DNA of 64,000 nucleotides from assembly GCA_024685135.1 (NCBI GenBank), contig JAIKWA010000090.1, positions 29,267 through 93,266 of the forward strand, in the 5' to 3' direction. Positions 28,302 through 38,339 of this stretch are shown in pieces (position 1 is the stretch's first letter; the number at the start of each line of letters is the position of its first letter). The position numbers and the translations under genes are program-made. Below the pieces are notes generated by a model that had not been told where the DNA came from, ran no database searches, and saw only the letters and a list, made by a program, of their open reading frames with translations. The stretch comes from Saccharofermentans sp. Its GTDB lineage: Bacteria; Bacillota; Clostridia; Saccharofermentanales; Saccharofermentanaceae.

Positions 28302-29666
28302 TTAGCGATTCTCGAAAGGGATATATTCCTGTCTGTCCTGAACGCTCCTGTAAGCAGGTCTTATGATCTTACCGTGACCGTTAAGCTCCTCGATCCTGTG
28401 AGCAGACCAACCGGAAATCCTTGCGATAGCGAAGAGGGGAGTATAGAGCTCCTTCGGAATGCCAAGCATAGAATATACAAAACCGCTGTAAAAGTCTATG
28501 TTAGCTGAAACGCCCTTGTAGATGTGGCGCTCAGCTGCGATAAGCTCTGCTGCAAGTCTCTCGACTCTCTCGTAGAACTCGTATTCCTTGACTCTGTTCT
28601 TCTCCTGGGAAAGGCTCTTAACATAGCCCTTGAAGATCTGTGCTCTCGGGTCTGATACGGAATATACCGCATGACCCATACCATAGATAACACCGGACTT
28701 ATCGAAGGCTTCCTTATGCAGGATCTTCTCTAAGTAACGGAGGATCTCATCGTCGTCTTCCCAGTCGTTTATGTTCTTACCGAGTTCCTTGAACATATTT
28801 ACTACCTGGATATTCGCGCCGCCGTGCTTAGGACCCTTAAGTGAGCATAAAGCAGCTGCTATTGCAGAATAAGTATCCGTACCTGAGCTTGTAACTACAT
28901 GAGTTGTAAATGTTGAGTTGTTACCGCCGCCGTGCTCTGCATGAAGGATAAGCGCGATATCTAAGATCTTAGCTTCGAGCGGAGTATACTTGTTGTCCGG
29001 ACGGAGCATATACAGGAAGTTCTCTGCAGTAGAAAGATCCGGCCTCGGTCTGTGAACCACAAGAGAATTCTTGTCGATGTAGTACTGCATTGCATCGTAG
29101 CTGTGAACAGCGAGCATAGGGAAGATGGATATAAGCTCCAGAGACTGTCTTAAGACATTCTCGATAGACAGATCCATAGGCTGTGCATCGTAAGCATAAA
29201 GGTTGAGTACACCTCTTGCGATATTGTTCATGAGGTCAGAAGAAGGCTTCTGCATTATTACGTCTCTGAAGAAGTTCTTAGGCATCTTGGATCTTGAATC
29301 AGCAAGTAGCTTCTTGAATTCATCGAGTTCGGTTATTGTAGGAAGCTTGCCAAAGAGCAAAAGATATGTAGCCTCTTCAAAGCCCCAGTGCATTTCTCTG
29401 GGCTGGCCTGCGATAAGCTCTTTTACATTGATTCCGCGATAGAATAATTCGCCGTCACAGGGTACGGACTTGCCGTCAACGATCTTGCTGGCATTGATCT
29501 CAGAGATCTTTGTGAGGCCGGTAAGAACGCCCTTACCGTTAACATCTCTCAAACCACGCTTAACATCGTATTTTGTGTAGAGTTCACCATCGATGGTGTT
29601 GCTCTTGCAGACTTCTGCGAGTCTCTCGATCTCGGGTGTGATCTTTGAATAGTTGTTCTTTGTCAT
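28302..29666 (-). CDS. Citrate synthase
   Basis: 454 aa. 'LILHAEHGGGNNSTF', 'GPKHGGAN', 'GMGHAVY' and 'NIDFYSG' citrate-synthase motifs. Confidence 0.85.
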   Translation of the reverse strand: MTKNNYSKITPEIERLAEVCKSNTIDGELYTKYDVKRGLRDVNGKGVLTGLTKISEINASKIVDGKSVPCDGELFYRGINVKELIAGQPREMHWGFEEATYLLLFGKLPTITELDEFKKLLADSRSKMPKNFFRDVIMQKPSSDLMNNIARGVLNLYAYDAQPMDLSIENVLRQSLELISIFPMLAVHSYDAMQYYIDKNSLVVHRPRPDLSTAENFLYMLRPDNKYTPLEAKILDIALILHAEHGGGNNSTFTTHVVTSSGTDTYSAIAAALCSLKGPKHGGANIQVVNMFKELGKNINDWEDDDEILRYLEKILHKEAFDKSGVIYGMGHAVYSVSDPRAQIFKGYVKSLSQEKNRVKEYEFYERVERLAAELIAAERHIYKGVSANIDFYSGFVYSMLGIPKELYTPLFAIARISGWSAHRIEELNGHGKIIRPAYRSVQDRQEYIPFENR

Positions 29667-29721
29667 TATGAATCCCCTTATACAAGTTATCTGTTAATTA
29701 TATAAGATGGAATTTCTTATT

Positions 29722-30414
29722 TCAAATTAGTAACCCGCCGTTTACACCTATGATCTGTCCCGTAATGAAGGAAGAACTGTCTGAAGCGATGAAGTAAACA
29801 GTTTTTGCTATGTCGTCAGGAGTCCCTATTCTCTCGAGCGGAGTCTCTTCTCTGAGTGCGTCAATATCCTCTTCGGTATAAGAGGACATCATGTCTGTCA
29901 TGACGACTCCCGGAGATACCGCATTGACTCTTATGCCGGAAGGGCCGAGTTCTTTAGCCAGGGCTTTGACATAGCTGTCTATGGCACCTTTGCTCGCAGA
30001 ATATAAAGCTTCACAAGAAGCTCCGGTCTGGCCCCACATGGAAGAGATGGCGATTATTACACCTGATTTCCTGCTGACCATTCCGGGTATTACATTGCGC
30101 GCGAGGTTATATAGGCCTCCGAAGTTAGTATCCATAACGAGCCTGTATTCGTCCGTTCCGAAATCCGTTGCAAGACCGGTGAGGGATACTCCGGCATTGG
30201 ATACGAGTACATCTATGGGTCCTGTGATCTTGCTTATCGCATCCTTAACACTTGAAGGATCTGATACGTCGCACTGTATATATTCGATACCATTCAGATC
30301 ATATTCAGGTTTGCTCCTGCTTAAGACGGTTACATCGTATCCCTCTTTGCGAAAAAGAAGAGCGCATGCTTTGCCTATGCCTCTTGAGCCGCCTGAAATA
30401 ACTATATGTGACAT
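29722..30414 (-). CDS. Short-chain dehydrogenase/reductase (3-oxoacyl-ACP reductase-like)
   Basis: Start at ATG 30414-30412 after RBS GGAGGTG. 'ISGGSRGIGKA', 'NAG' and 'YSASKGA' (the YxxxK catalytic motif). Confidence 0.8.
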   Translation of the reverse strand: MSHIVISGGSRGIGKACALLFRKEGYDVTVLSRSKPEYDLNGIEYIQCDVSDPSSVKDAISKITGPIDVLVSNAGVSLTGLATDFGTDEYRLVMDTNFGGLYNLARNVIPGMVSRKSGVIIAISSMWGQTGASCEALYSASKGAIDSYVKALAKELGPSGIRVNAVSPGVVMTDMMSSYTEEDIDALREETPLERIGTPDDIAKTVYFIASDSSSFITGQIIGVNGGLLI

Positions 30415-30471
30415 AATCTTCACCTCCGGATATTTTGTATTATAATATACATTCGGAAAGGCAGGAATAAT

Positions 30472-31263
30472 ATGGCTGACACAGAGATAAAAGATCAAAC
30501 AAATGAAGTTGAAGAACTCGTATCAGACGAGGAATACCAAAAGGCCTTAGAGGCTCTTAATTCTTCCAAGTCCAAGAGAGTCAAGAAGATAAAGGAAGCA
30601 AAGAATACCGGTAAGCCGAAGGCAGAGGATACGGATACTACATCCTTCTTCGGCAAGATCAGACATGACCCTCTGATAATGGTATGCATTATCCTTGCAG
30701 TCGTATTTGTATTCGGTGCTGCTATCTATTTTATCCTGCCTTATGCAAGGAATCATTCTTTAGGCGTTACATACGATGAATTCTACGAGCAGTACAAGCA
30801 GACTGATATCTATGTAAACCTTCTGTCCAAGATCGGTACAACATTCCAGCAGCCTGAGTATTTTACTCCTGACGACGGCGCTAAGTCTGACCTCGATTAC
30901 TTTACGACTCTCGTTGATTCCGGCTACGGCACGAGCATCATCGGCTCATCAAGGAAGGTAGACGGCGAGATCGTTGCGATAAGAGCTTATGCGCAGTACG
31001 GTAACGGTACGGAGAACTTTACTTTCCTTACATACTATTTTGCAAGCTTCTTCCAGACGATCTATCCCGGACTTACGACTGATGAAGCAGTAACGCTCTC
31101 AAACGGAGCTTTATCTACATTCGATACCTCAGGGCTCTTCATCATCAGAGGTGAGTATGCGTATAGAGTCATATACGATCAGTCTGATGACGGAACACCT
31201 TTCTTCGGTCTCGATATAGTCCATGCTTCTACATTGAAAGACGACCAGATAAAGACTGCCTGA
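30472..31263 (+). CDS. Hypothetical single-pass membrane protein
   Basis: 263 aa. Charged N-terminus, one TM segment 'LIMVCIILAVVFVFGAAIYFILP', then a ~170-aa extracytoplasmic domain with no motif I recognise. Confidence 0.55.
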   Translation: MADTEIKDQTNEVEELVSDEEYQKALEALNSSKSKRVKKIKEAKNTGKPKAEDTDTTSFFGKIRHDPLIMVCIILAVVFVFGAAIYFILPYARNHSLGVTYDEFYEQYKQTDIYVNLLSKIGTTFQQPEYFTPDDGAKSDLDYFTTLVDSGYGTSIIGSSRKVDGEIVAIRAYAQYGNGTENFTFLTYYFASFFQTIYPGLTTDEAVTLSNGALSTFDTSGLFIIRGEYAYRVIYDQSDDGTPFFGLDIVHASTLKDDQIKTA

Positions 31264-31305
31264 GATTACAATTTGATTTCATTTTCAAAAACGGGCTTTA
31301 AACAC

Positions 31306-31337
31306 AAAAACCGTCTGATTGTTATCAGACGGTTTTT
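31306..31337. terminator. Bidirectional Rho-independent terminator
   Basis: AAAAACCGTCTGAT-TGTT-ATCAGACGGTTTTT. The perfect stem has an A-run and a T-run on either side, so it can serve the + gene and tRNA-Trp on the - strand. Confidence 0.8.
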
Positions 31338-31340
31338 AAA

Positions 31341-31415
31341 TGGCAGGGGAGACACGATTCGAACGCGCAACCGGCGGTTTTGGAGACCGCTGCTCTACCG
31401 TTGAGCCACTCCCCT
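31341..31415 (-). tRNA. tRNA-Trp (anticodon CCA), with encoded 3' CCA
   Basis: The reverse complement folds as a 75-nt cloverleaf. Acceptor AGGGGAG/CTCCCCT, anticodon arm GCGGT-CTCCAAA-ACCGC, T-loop TTCGAAT, discriminator G followed by CCA. Confidence 0.9.
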
Positions 31416-31427
31416 AAGGCACGAATT

Positions 31428-31456
31428 ATTTTATTCGTTGGTTTGCACTCTGTCAA
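31428..31456 (-). promoter_or_regulatory. Candidate sigma-A promoter of tRNA-Trp
   Basis: On the minus strand, TTGACA (31456-31451), 17-nt spacer, TAAAAT (31433-31428). It ends about 12 nt upstream of the tRNA 5' end. Confidence 0.6.
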
Positions 31457-31471
31457 GTGTAATGTTAAACT
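31443..31471 (+). promoter_or_regulatory. Candidate sigma-A promoter of the proC operon, overlapping the divergent tRNA promoter
   Basis: TTGCAC (31443-31448), 17-nt spacer, TGtTAAACT (hexamer at 31466-31471). Confidence 0.4.
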
Positions 31472-31511
31472 ACACGAACATTCTTATTATTTATTTATAA
31501 GGAGAGATCTA

Positions 31512-32315
31512 ATGAGATTAGCAGTTATCGGTACAGGTAATATGGGAAGAGCCTTAATGGGCGGTTTTATCAGAGGCGGAATAATCAGTGCTTCTGATAT
31601 CTATTGTTTTGACGTAATGCCTCAGGCTCTTGAAGCAGTTAAGTCAGAGCTTGGCGTAAATGCTGCATCAAGCGGCATAGAAGCGGTTACTGATGCAGAT
31701 TATATCTTACTCGCAGTTAAGCCCCAGCACTTCGATGCTACGGTAAGAGAGCTCGCATCTTCTATCAAGAGCGGCGCTATAGTCTTATCCATTGCTGCTG
31801 CCGTTACTTGCGACAGGATCAAGGGACTTATCGGCGAAGGCACTAAGTTTGTCAGGATCATGCCCAATACACCCGCACAGGTTGGCTGCGGCGTTTCAGC
31901 TGTATGCCCCGTAGGTCTTACAGATGAAGAGACTGATTTTGTAAAGCAGCTCCTTGAGACATGCGGCGAGGTAATCCTCTGCGACGAGAAGACACTCGAT
32001 GCTATCGGCTGCGTATCAGGAACAGGCCCTGCTTATGTTATGCTCTTTATAGAAGCTCTTGCTGATGCTGCTGTAAGCCTCGGTATCAGAAGAGACGATG
32101 CGCTTAAGATCGCAGCAGGCACCGTAATGGGCTCCGGCAAGTTATGCCTTGATACAGGTAAGAATCCTGCAGTCCTCAAGGATATGGTCTGCTCACCCGG
32201 AGGAACGACCATTGCAGGCGTTATGGCGCTCGAAGAGAATGGCTTCAGGAATGCGGCTATAAAGTCCGTTCTTGCTGCTTATAACAAGACATTGGAGATG
32301 CAGGGTAAGAAGTAA
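31512..32315 (+). CDS. proC: Pyrroline-5-carboxylate reductase
   Basis: Start at ATG 31512 after RBS AAGGAGAG; the ORF-track extension overlaps the tRNA. 'IGTGNMGRAL', 'RIMPNTPA' and 'SPGGTT' ProC motifs. Confidence 0.9.
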   Translation: MRLAVIGTGNMGRALMGGFIRGGIISASDIYCFDVMPQALEAVKSELGVNAASSGIEAVTDADYILLAVKPQHFDATVRELASSIKSGAIVLSIAAAVTCDRIKGLIGEGTKFVRIMPNTPAQVGCGVSAVCPVGLTDEETDFVKQLLETCGEVILCDEKTLDAIGCVSGTGPAYVMLFIEALADAAVSLGIRRDDALKIAAGTVMGSGKLCLDTGKNPAVLKDMVCSPGGTTIAGVMALEENGFRNAAIKSVLAAYNKTLEMQGKK

Positions 32316-32761
32316 TGCCGGATCTTAACGAAGTAACTATCTATACTGACGGCGCTTGTTCAGGTAATCCGGGTCCCGGGGGCTGGGCTGCTATCCTCAT
32401 GGCAGGAGGCCATACCAAGGAGCTTTCGGGCGGAGAGCCTGATACCACCAATAACAGGATGGAATTAATGGGCGTTATCAGCGGGCTTAAGGCTCTTAAG
32501 TTCCCTTGTAAGGTTACCGTTTACAGTGACAGTGCTTATATAGTTAATGCCTTTAATCAGAACTGGATCGAGAAGTGGATCAGGAACGGATGGAAGAATT
32601 CCGCCAAGGCACCGGTAGCAAATACAGATCTTTGGAAGGAGCTTTTAAGCCTTACTGCAATCCACGAGGTTACGTTCAACAAGGTTAAGGGTCATGCGGA
32701 CAACGAGTTCAATAACAGATGTGATGAACTCGCAGTCGAGCAATCTAACAGATACAAGTGA
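32315..32761 (+). CDS. rnhA: Ribonuclease HI
   Basis: 148 aa. 'IYTDGACSGNPGPGGWA', 'TNNRMEL' and 'SDSAY' form the RNase H DEDD core. Confidence 0.9.
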   Translation: MPDLNEVTIYTDGACSGNPGPGGWAAILMAGGHTKELSGGEPDTTNNRMELMGVISGLKALKFPCKVTVYSDSAYIVNAFNQNWIEKWIRNGWKNSAKAPVANTDLWKELLSLTAIHEVTFNKVKGHADNEFNNRCDELAVEQSNRYK

Positions 32762-32773
32762 GCAATAACATAT

Positions 32774-33334
32774 ATGGGTCAGATCAATTGCAGTGAAGAT
32801 TTGCTATACGAGAAGACTTTGTCTTCCGAGACTAAATTCGAGGGCAGGGTATTCAAGGTTATAGTTAAACAGGTTGAGCTTCCGTCAGGTAAGACTTCTT
32901 CCAGAGAGATAGTCCTTCACCACGGTGGTGCATGCATACTTCCCGTTGATACCGACATGAATGTTTACCTGATAAAGCAGTTTCGCTCGCCTTTTGAGAA
33001 GGTTATGCTCGAAGCTCCTGCAGGTAAGATAGAAGAAGGTGAGGCTCCCTTAGAATGTGCAACAAGAGAGATCACCGAAGAGACCGGATTTGTTGCCGGC
33101 AAGATTGAAGAAATAGGCAAGATGACTGCTACTCCCGGATACTGCTCCGAGACTATAAGCCTTTATCTTGCTACAGAGCTTGAATACAAGGGCGGCAATC
33201 CCGACGACGGAGAGTACCTGTCTCTTGTTAAGATGCCTCTTAAAGAGGCACTCGATATGGTCTTATCGGGTAAGATAGAAGATGCCAAGACGCAGCTGGT
33301 TATTAGCTTTGCTGCAAGGAGGTTTGGGATTTGA
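32774..33334 (+). CDS. nudF: NUDIX hydrolase (ADP-ribose pyrophosphatase-like)
   Basis: 186 aa. Nudix box 'GKIEEGEAPLECATREITEETG'. Confidence 0.75.
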   Translation: MGQINCSEDLLYEKTLSSETKFEGRVFKVIVKQVELPSGKTSSREIVLHHGGACILPVDTDMNVYLIKQFRSPFEKVMLEAPAGKIEEGEAPLECATREITEETGFVAGKIEEIGKMTATPGYCSETISLYLATELEYKGGNPDDGEYLSLVKMPLKEALDMVLSGKIEDAKTQLVISFAARRFGI

Positions 33335-36222
33335 AGCGTTCTGAGGAACATAACGAGATAACCGCACTGGTATTGTTCTTTGTGGCAATACTCTTTGTGC
33401 TTATAGTATTTACCGATTGGGTAGGCGGCTTAGGCTCTGCCATAAGGTCTTTCCTTATGGGTCTTATCGGAAGCACAGCTTATGTCTTACCTTTATTCCT
33501 GCTTTATGCAGCTATAGACCTCTTCTTTGAGAAGAGACTCGGCGTATCAAAGATAAGGATCAAGTCTGTAGTAATGTTCCTTCTCGGAGTATCTGCATTC
33601 CTTGCAATCTGCTCTATGGATTTCACATATTTCGAGTCTTTGCTCTTCAGTCCCGAAGGTAAGATCAAGGCTACTGCAGCTTTGTCACTTCTTTATAAGT
33701 CAGGCTCTGATGCTTCGCTTATAACCAATGTAACTTCTTCAGCCAATTGTATCCCGGGCGGTCTTTTGGGAGGCGGCATAGCTGTTGCACTCGAGAATCT
33801 CATATCCAAGACCGGCGGCATTATACTTCTGGCTTTTTACCTTGTTCTTCTCGTAATAACCGTATTCCACATCTCTCTTAAGAAGACCGCAAAGGCTATA
33901 GGCGGCACGGCAAAGACGGTTTATACCAATGCACAGAAGACCAGAAGAAGACAGGCAGCAAACCGTTACAGAGTCTATTCCAATGAAGATACAAGAAGGC
34001 CTGCACCTGCAAGAAGATCGGCAGGACGCGGCACTACAGTAATAAGCTACGACAATAAGCAGCCTTCTCCTTTCGTTAATCCTGCGCCCGCGACAGGGCC
34101 TAATGCCAATGTCGATCCGTTCGGATCTACGCTTCCCATTGACAGGAGCACCGGTTTTACCGATCTTTCCTCGATGGGACTTGATACTCACTCAGGTACA
34201 AATCCGGGTACGATCACATACGATGAGAGAGAATATGCCGTTACCGATTCTCACCCCAAGGCTGACTTCGGTTATAAGACAGATCCTCTCAATATACCCA
34301 GAGCAAACAGACCCAAGCAGAAGACTTTGAGCTTCCTCGATAACACAAAAGAGGATTTTATCGATCTTACACCGGAGGCTGACAAGGTTATTGAGCCCGA
34401 AGAAGAGCCTGTACCTGAAGATCCTTATGAAGTAGATACCGAAGACTACAACGGTTCCGGCTACGACTACGACAGGAGTGTAAGAACGCCTTTTGTCGAT
34501 CCTAATCTCTTTGGCGGTCAGCAGACTCCTGCGCCTATGCCGGTATCTGCACCTGCACCTGCACCTCAGCCTTCTGCTCCTGATGAGGAAGGTTACGACC
34601 AGTACGAAGGCAGGATACTTAAAGCAAACGATGCGCAGAAGCAGCCTGCCGGAGCAGATATAGATTACGAAGGCAAGACTATAAGAAGGAAGGCGGATAA
34701 GGCAAGGAATTATTACAGATATAAGCCTGCTCCGACAAGTCTTCTTGCTCCCGACAGCATAGAGAAGAAGGATCCTCAGATCCAGGAAGAGATCGAGAGA
34801 AATAAGAGGATCCTTATCGATACCTTGCAAAAGTTCGGTATCAATTCCGAGATATCTCATGTTACCCGTGGTCCTGTTATCACGAGATACGAGATAACTA
34901 TAGATGCCGGAACCAAGGTTTCCAAGGTAACCGGTCTTCGCGACGATATTATGCTCGCTATGGCTGCTATCTCCGTAAGGATCGAAGCTCCCATCCCGGG
35001 TAAGAGTGCCATAGGTATCGAGATCCCCAACAAGAAGGCATCTGCCGTACAGCTCAGAAGCCTTGTCGAGACACCTGAATTCAGGAAATCCCCTCCGCTT
35101 AATGTTGCTATCGGAAGAGATATCCCGGGCAAGCCTATGTATTGTAATCTTGCCAAGATGCCTCACCTTATGATCGCAGGTTCTACGGGTTCAGGTAAGT
35201 CAGTATGTATTAATTCGATGCTGTCTAGCATTCTTGTACATTCTTCTCCTGCCGAAGTCAGGATGATCCTCATTGACCCCAAGGTCGTTGAGCTTTCCAT
35301 GTATAACGGCATTCCTCACTTAATATCACCGGTAATCACGAACCCTAAGATGGCTGCCGGTTCATTAAGATGGGCAGTAGAAGAGATGGGCAGAAGATAT
35401 AAGCTCTTCGAAGAAGCACAGGTAAGAGACATAACGGGCTTCAACGAGAAGTGCGATCAGTACAGGAGCAGTAACAATGCTGCTGCAAACGAGGTTGAGA
35501 AGCTTCCTTATATCCTGATAGTCATCGACGAGCTTGCTGAGCTCATGATGGTAGCGGCAAAAGAAGTTGAGGCTTATATCTCAAGACTTGCTGCTCTTGC
35601 AAGAGCCTGCGGTATCCATCTTCTCATAGCTACCCAGAGACCTTCCGTTGATGTCATCACAGGTGTTATCAAGGCAAATATCGGTTCGAGGATCGCTCTT
35701 GCGGTTTCATCTCAGGTCGATTCAAGGACTATCTTAGATAAGGTTGGTGCTGAGAACCTTCTCGGTAAGGGTGATATGCTCTATGCACCTATGACAGCCA
35801 TGCATCCTACAAGAGGACAGGGTTCCTTCCTCAAGGATTCAGAGGTTGAAGCTCTTGTTGAATGGCTCAATAACAGATATGGCACAGACTACGATGAAGA
35901 CATCATCAAGGAGATCAAGGAGGCTGCTTCAAGCGACGACAAGGGCAATTTGCCTGCTTCCTCATCAGGCGACGAAGCTAAGGGCGCATCTGCAGGAGAT
36001 ATCCTCTTTAATCAGGCTGTTGACGTAGTTCTTGAGAACAACGCTGCAAGCATCTCCATACTTCAGAGAAGACTCGGTATAGGTTATCCGAGAGCTGCAA
36101 GACTTGTCGATGAATTGGAGAAGAAGAAGATAATAGGACCACCTGAAGGCAGCAAGCCCAGGAAGATCCTTATAAACAGGACTGAATGGCTTGAGATACA
36201 GGCGAGAAGCGAGAATGAATAA
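33331..36222 (+). CDS. ftsK: DNA translocase FtsK/SpoIIIE
   Basis: 963 aa. TTG start 8 nt after AAGGAGG. N-terminal TM helices, a Pro/Ala-rich linker, Walker A 'GSTGSGKSV', 'IVIDELAEL', and a C-terminal gamma (winged-helix) domain 'ISILQRRLGIGYPRAARLVDELE'. Confidence 0.9.
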   Translation: MKRSEEHNEITALVLFFVAILFVLIVFTDWVGGLGSAIRSFLMGLIGSTAYVLPLFLLYAAIDLFFEKRLGVSKIRIKSVVMFLLGVSAFLAICSMDFTYFESLLFSPEGKIKATAALSLLYKSGSDASLITNVTSSANCIPGGLLGGGIAVALENLISKTGGIILLAFYLVLLVITVFHISLKKTAKAIGGTAKTVYTNAQKTRRRQAANRYRVYSNEDTRRPAPARRSAGRGTTVISYDNKQPSPFVNPAPATGPNANVDPFGSTLPIDRSTGFTDLSSMGLDTHSGTNPGTITYDEREYAVTDSHPKADFGYKTDPLNIPRANRPKQKTLSFLDNTKEDFIDLTPEADKVIEPEEEPVPEDPYEVDTEDYNGSGYDYDRSVRTPFVDPNLFGGQQTPAPMPVSAPAPAPQPSAPDEEGYDQYEGRILKANDAQKQPAGADIDYEGKTIRRKADKARNYYRYKPAPTSLLAPDSIEKKDPQIQEEIERNKRILIDTLQKFGINSEISHVTRGPVITRYEITIDAGTKVSKVTGLRDDIMLAMAAISVRIEAPIPGKSAIGIEIPNKKASAVQLRSLVETPEFRKSPPLNVAIGRDIPGKPMYCNLAKMPHLMIAGSTGSGKSVCINSMLSSILVHSSPAEVRMILIDPKVVELSMYNGIPHLISPVITNPKMAAGSLRWAVEEMGRRYKLFEEAQVRDITGFNEKCDQYRSSNNAAANEVEKLPYILIVIDELAELMMVAAKEVEAYISRLAALARACGIHLLIATQRPSVDVITGVIKANIGSRIALAVSSQVDSRTILDKVGAENLLGKGDMLYAPMTAMHPTRGQGSFLKDSEVEALVEWLNNRYGTDYDEDIIKEIKEAASSDDKGNLPASSSGDEAKGASAGDILFNQAVDVVLENNAASISILQRRLGIGYPRAARLVDELEKKKIIGPPEGSKPRKILINRTEWLEIQARSENE

Positions 36223-36694
36223 CATCTTGGAGACAGTTGAGCTTTTGAAGTCTAAGGGTCTTACGGTAGGTTTTGCAGAAAGTCTTACCGGAGGACTCAT
36301 TTCTTCATCTATAGTAAATGTTCCCGGAGCATCAGCCGTTTTTAAGGGAAGCATTGTATCTTATACGAATAGTGTTAAAATTGGTGTTCTCGGCGTTGAG
36401 GAGGCTGTAATAGCTTCACATACCGAGGTATCTGAAGAATGCGCTATGCAGATGGCTTCAGGTGCAAGGAAAGTCTTGGGGACCGATCTTGCGGTATCCG
36501 TTACCGGTATTGCAGGACCTGACGGAGATCTTCCCGGCAAACCCGTTGGCACGGTCTATATGGGTGTTGCGTTTGGAGATACCGTAAAGGGCATGAGATT
36601 CAATTTCTCAGGCGACAGGCAATCGGTAAGGCAGCAGACCGCTGATATGGCTTTCCGGATAATACTCGAATTACTTGGTGCTCAAGATGGTTAA
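36215..36694 (+). CDS. pncC: CinA C-terminal-domain protein / nicotinamide-nucleotide amidohydrolase
   Basis: About 159 aa starting at ATG 36215. 'FAESLTGGL' and 'VSVTGIAGPDG' are CinA_C motifs. The N-terminal MoCF domain is absent. Confidence 0.8.
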   Translation: MNNILETVELLKSKGLTVGFAESLTGGLISSSIVNVPGASAVFKGSIVSYTNSVKIGVLGVEEAVIASHTEVSEECAMQMASGARKVLGTDLAVSVTGIAGPDGDLPGKPVGTVYMGVAFGDTVKGMRFNFSGDRQSVRQQTADMAFRIILELLGAQDG

Positions 36695-38270
36695 AAAGAA
36701 GAGTTATAAGAATAGTGTCATTTTTTCTACGATCCTGGTAATGATAGGTCTTGTCTTTACCAAGGGATCGGGCTTTTTAAGAGATATATTTGTAAGTATC
36801 AAATTTAGTGAGGATGTCTATAGAGACTCTTTTACATTGGCTTTTACCATACCGGATCTTTTCTATAATCTTCTTGTTGGCGGAGCGATCTTCTCAACGA
36901 TCACACCTTATCTGTCAGGTCAGATAGCGATAGGTGAAGAGAAGAAGGGTATGAGGACTACCAGCATCTTTATCTCCGTTGTTTCGGTAGTAATGATCAC
37001 GGTATGTACCTTAGGTACCATATTCTCCAAACCGATATATTCGCTCTATGCTCTTAAGGGGGGGATCGACGATCAGACATTAGATCTCGCTTCAAGCGCT
37101 TCCAAGATGCTCTTCCCGCAGATTTTCTTCATAATGCTTGCCGCATTATCAATAGGTATCCTTAATTCATATAAGAGATTCTCATCTACTGCATTTGCCC
37201 CTACGATCTATAACATCGCAGTTCTCATATCTATCCTTGTCTTTGCGGGCAATTCCAAGGAAAAGCTTGTCATGACCACAGGCGGTATACTTGTTGCATC
37301 CATAGTATATGCGGCATTCCAGTACCTTGTTGGAAGGGATAAGCTTAAGCAGATAAGGTTTATCTTCAAGCCGAGAGATCCCGATTTTATAGCACTTTTC
37401 AAAAGAGCGATCCCGATCCTCATCTCATCTTCTATCATTCAGATCAATGTTGTAATACTTAACTACTTTGCAGGCCAGTTCGATTCGGGCAGCATCTACG
37501 GTTTCAGAAATGCTTCCACCATCTGGCAGATCCCTTACGGTATATTTACTGTAGCTATCACTACCGTAATGACACCTACGCTTGCCGGATACCACGAATC
37601 CAAGCAGTACGAGGAAGCATCCAAACTCCTTTCCGCAAGGATCAAGAGTGCACTGTTCCTCATGATACCTTCGGCTTTCTTCATGGCGTTGATGAGCCTT
37701 GATGTAGTTAAGGCCATCTACCAGTGGACATCCTCTTATACGGATACAAATGCCAAGACCGCAAGTACATTCCTTCTTGGATTTACGACAGCGATAATCA
37801 CGGCTTCCGTAGCTCACTTATTCAACCAGGCTTTCTATGCGATAGGTCAGACTAAGATCCCGCTCCTTGCAGGACTTATATCACTTGTTCTTAATCCCTG
37901 CTTCTGCCAGGTCTTGATATGGCTGGGAGTAGGACCTATGTCACTTTCCATCGCATACTCTATTACCAATGTTTGCCAGATGCTCATCCTTATATTCCTT
38001 TACTTCAGACGTAAGGAACTCGCACCGAGGCATATGGCAGGTGCCATCATCAAGTGTTTCGGCGCTGCTATTATAATGACAGCCATCGTATTTGCATTGG
38101 ATAAGCTTATCCCCGCACAGGGCGGTAAGATCATGCAGCTTCTTATAATCACTCTTAAGGGTGTGGTTGCAGTAGTAGTTTATTTCTTATCTACGATATT
38201 CCTTAAGATGGAGGAAGCTACCTTCTGGATCTCAAGGTTCAAAGCCAAGCTTCCGGGCAGGAAATCTTAA
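36687..38270 (+). CDS. murJ: Lipid II flippase MurJ
   Basis: About 527 aa with roughly 14 predicted hydrophobic segments. N-terminal 'KGSGFLRDIFVSIKFS' and 'LLVGGAIFSTITP' resemble the MurJ/MviN family. Confidence 0.8.
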   Translation: MVKKKSYKNSVIFSTILVMIGLVFTKGSGFLRDIFVSIKFSEDVYRDSFTLAFTIPDLFYNLLVGGAIFSTITPYLSGQIAIGEEKKGMRTTSIFISVVSVVMITVCTLGTIFSKPIYSLYALKGGIDDQTLDLASSASKMLFPQIFFIMLAALSIGILNSYKRFSSTAFAPTIYNIAVLISILVFAGNSKEKLVMTTGGILVASIVYAAFQYLVGRDKLKQIRFIFKPRDPDFIALFKRAIPILISSSIIQINVVILNYFAGQFDSGSIYGFRNASTIWQIPYGIFTVAITTVMTPTLAGYHESKQYEEASKLLSARIKSALFLMIPSAFFMALMSLDVVKAIYQWTSSYTDTNAKTASTFLLGFTTAIITASVAHLFNQAFYAIGQTKIPLLAGLISLVLNPCFCQVLIWLGVGPMSLSIAYSITNVCQMLILIFLYFRRKELAPRHMAGAIIKCFGAAIIMTAIVFALDKLIPAQGGKIMQLLIITLKGVVAVVVYFLSTIFLKMEEATFWISRFKAKLPGRKS

Positions 38271-38339
38271 GTCTGTACCATTAATTGTACACTCGCTTTT
38301 TATTGTCGATATTTGTTTGAATTTGTCTGATAATTTCTG

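Noticed and set aside
33900-34700. Pro/Ala/Asp-rich low-complexity stretch, considered as a separate gene or repeat element
   Set aside because: It is in-frame within FtsK and corresponds to the variable linker between the membrane and motor domains, which is normal for FtsK/SpoIIIE.
34192-35166. 324-aa ORF antisense to ftsK
   Set aside because: It lies entirely inside the well-supported ftsK frame. The translation is low-complexity (R/C/L-rich) with no RBS or motifs, so it is a typical shadow ORF opposite a biased linker region.
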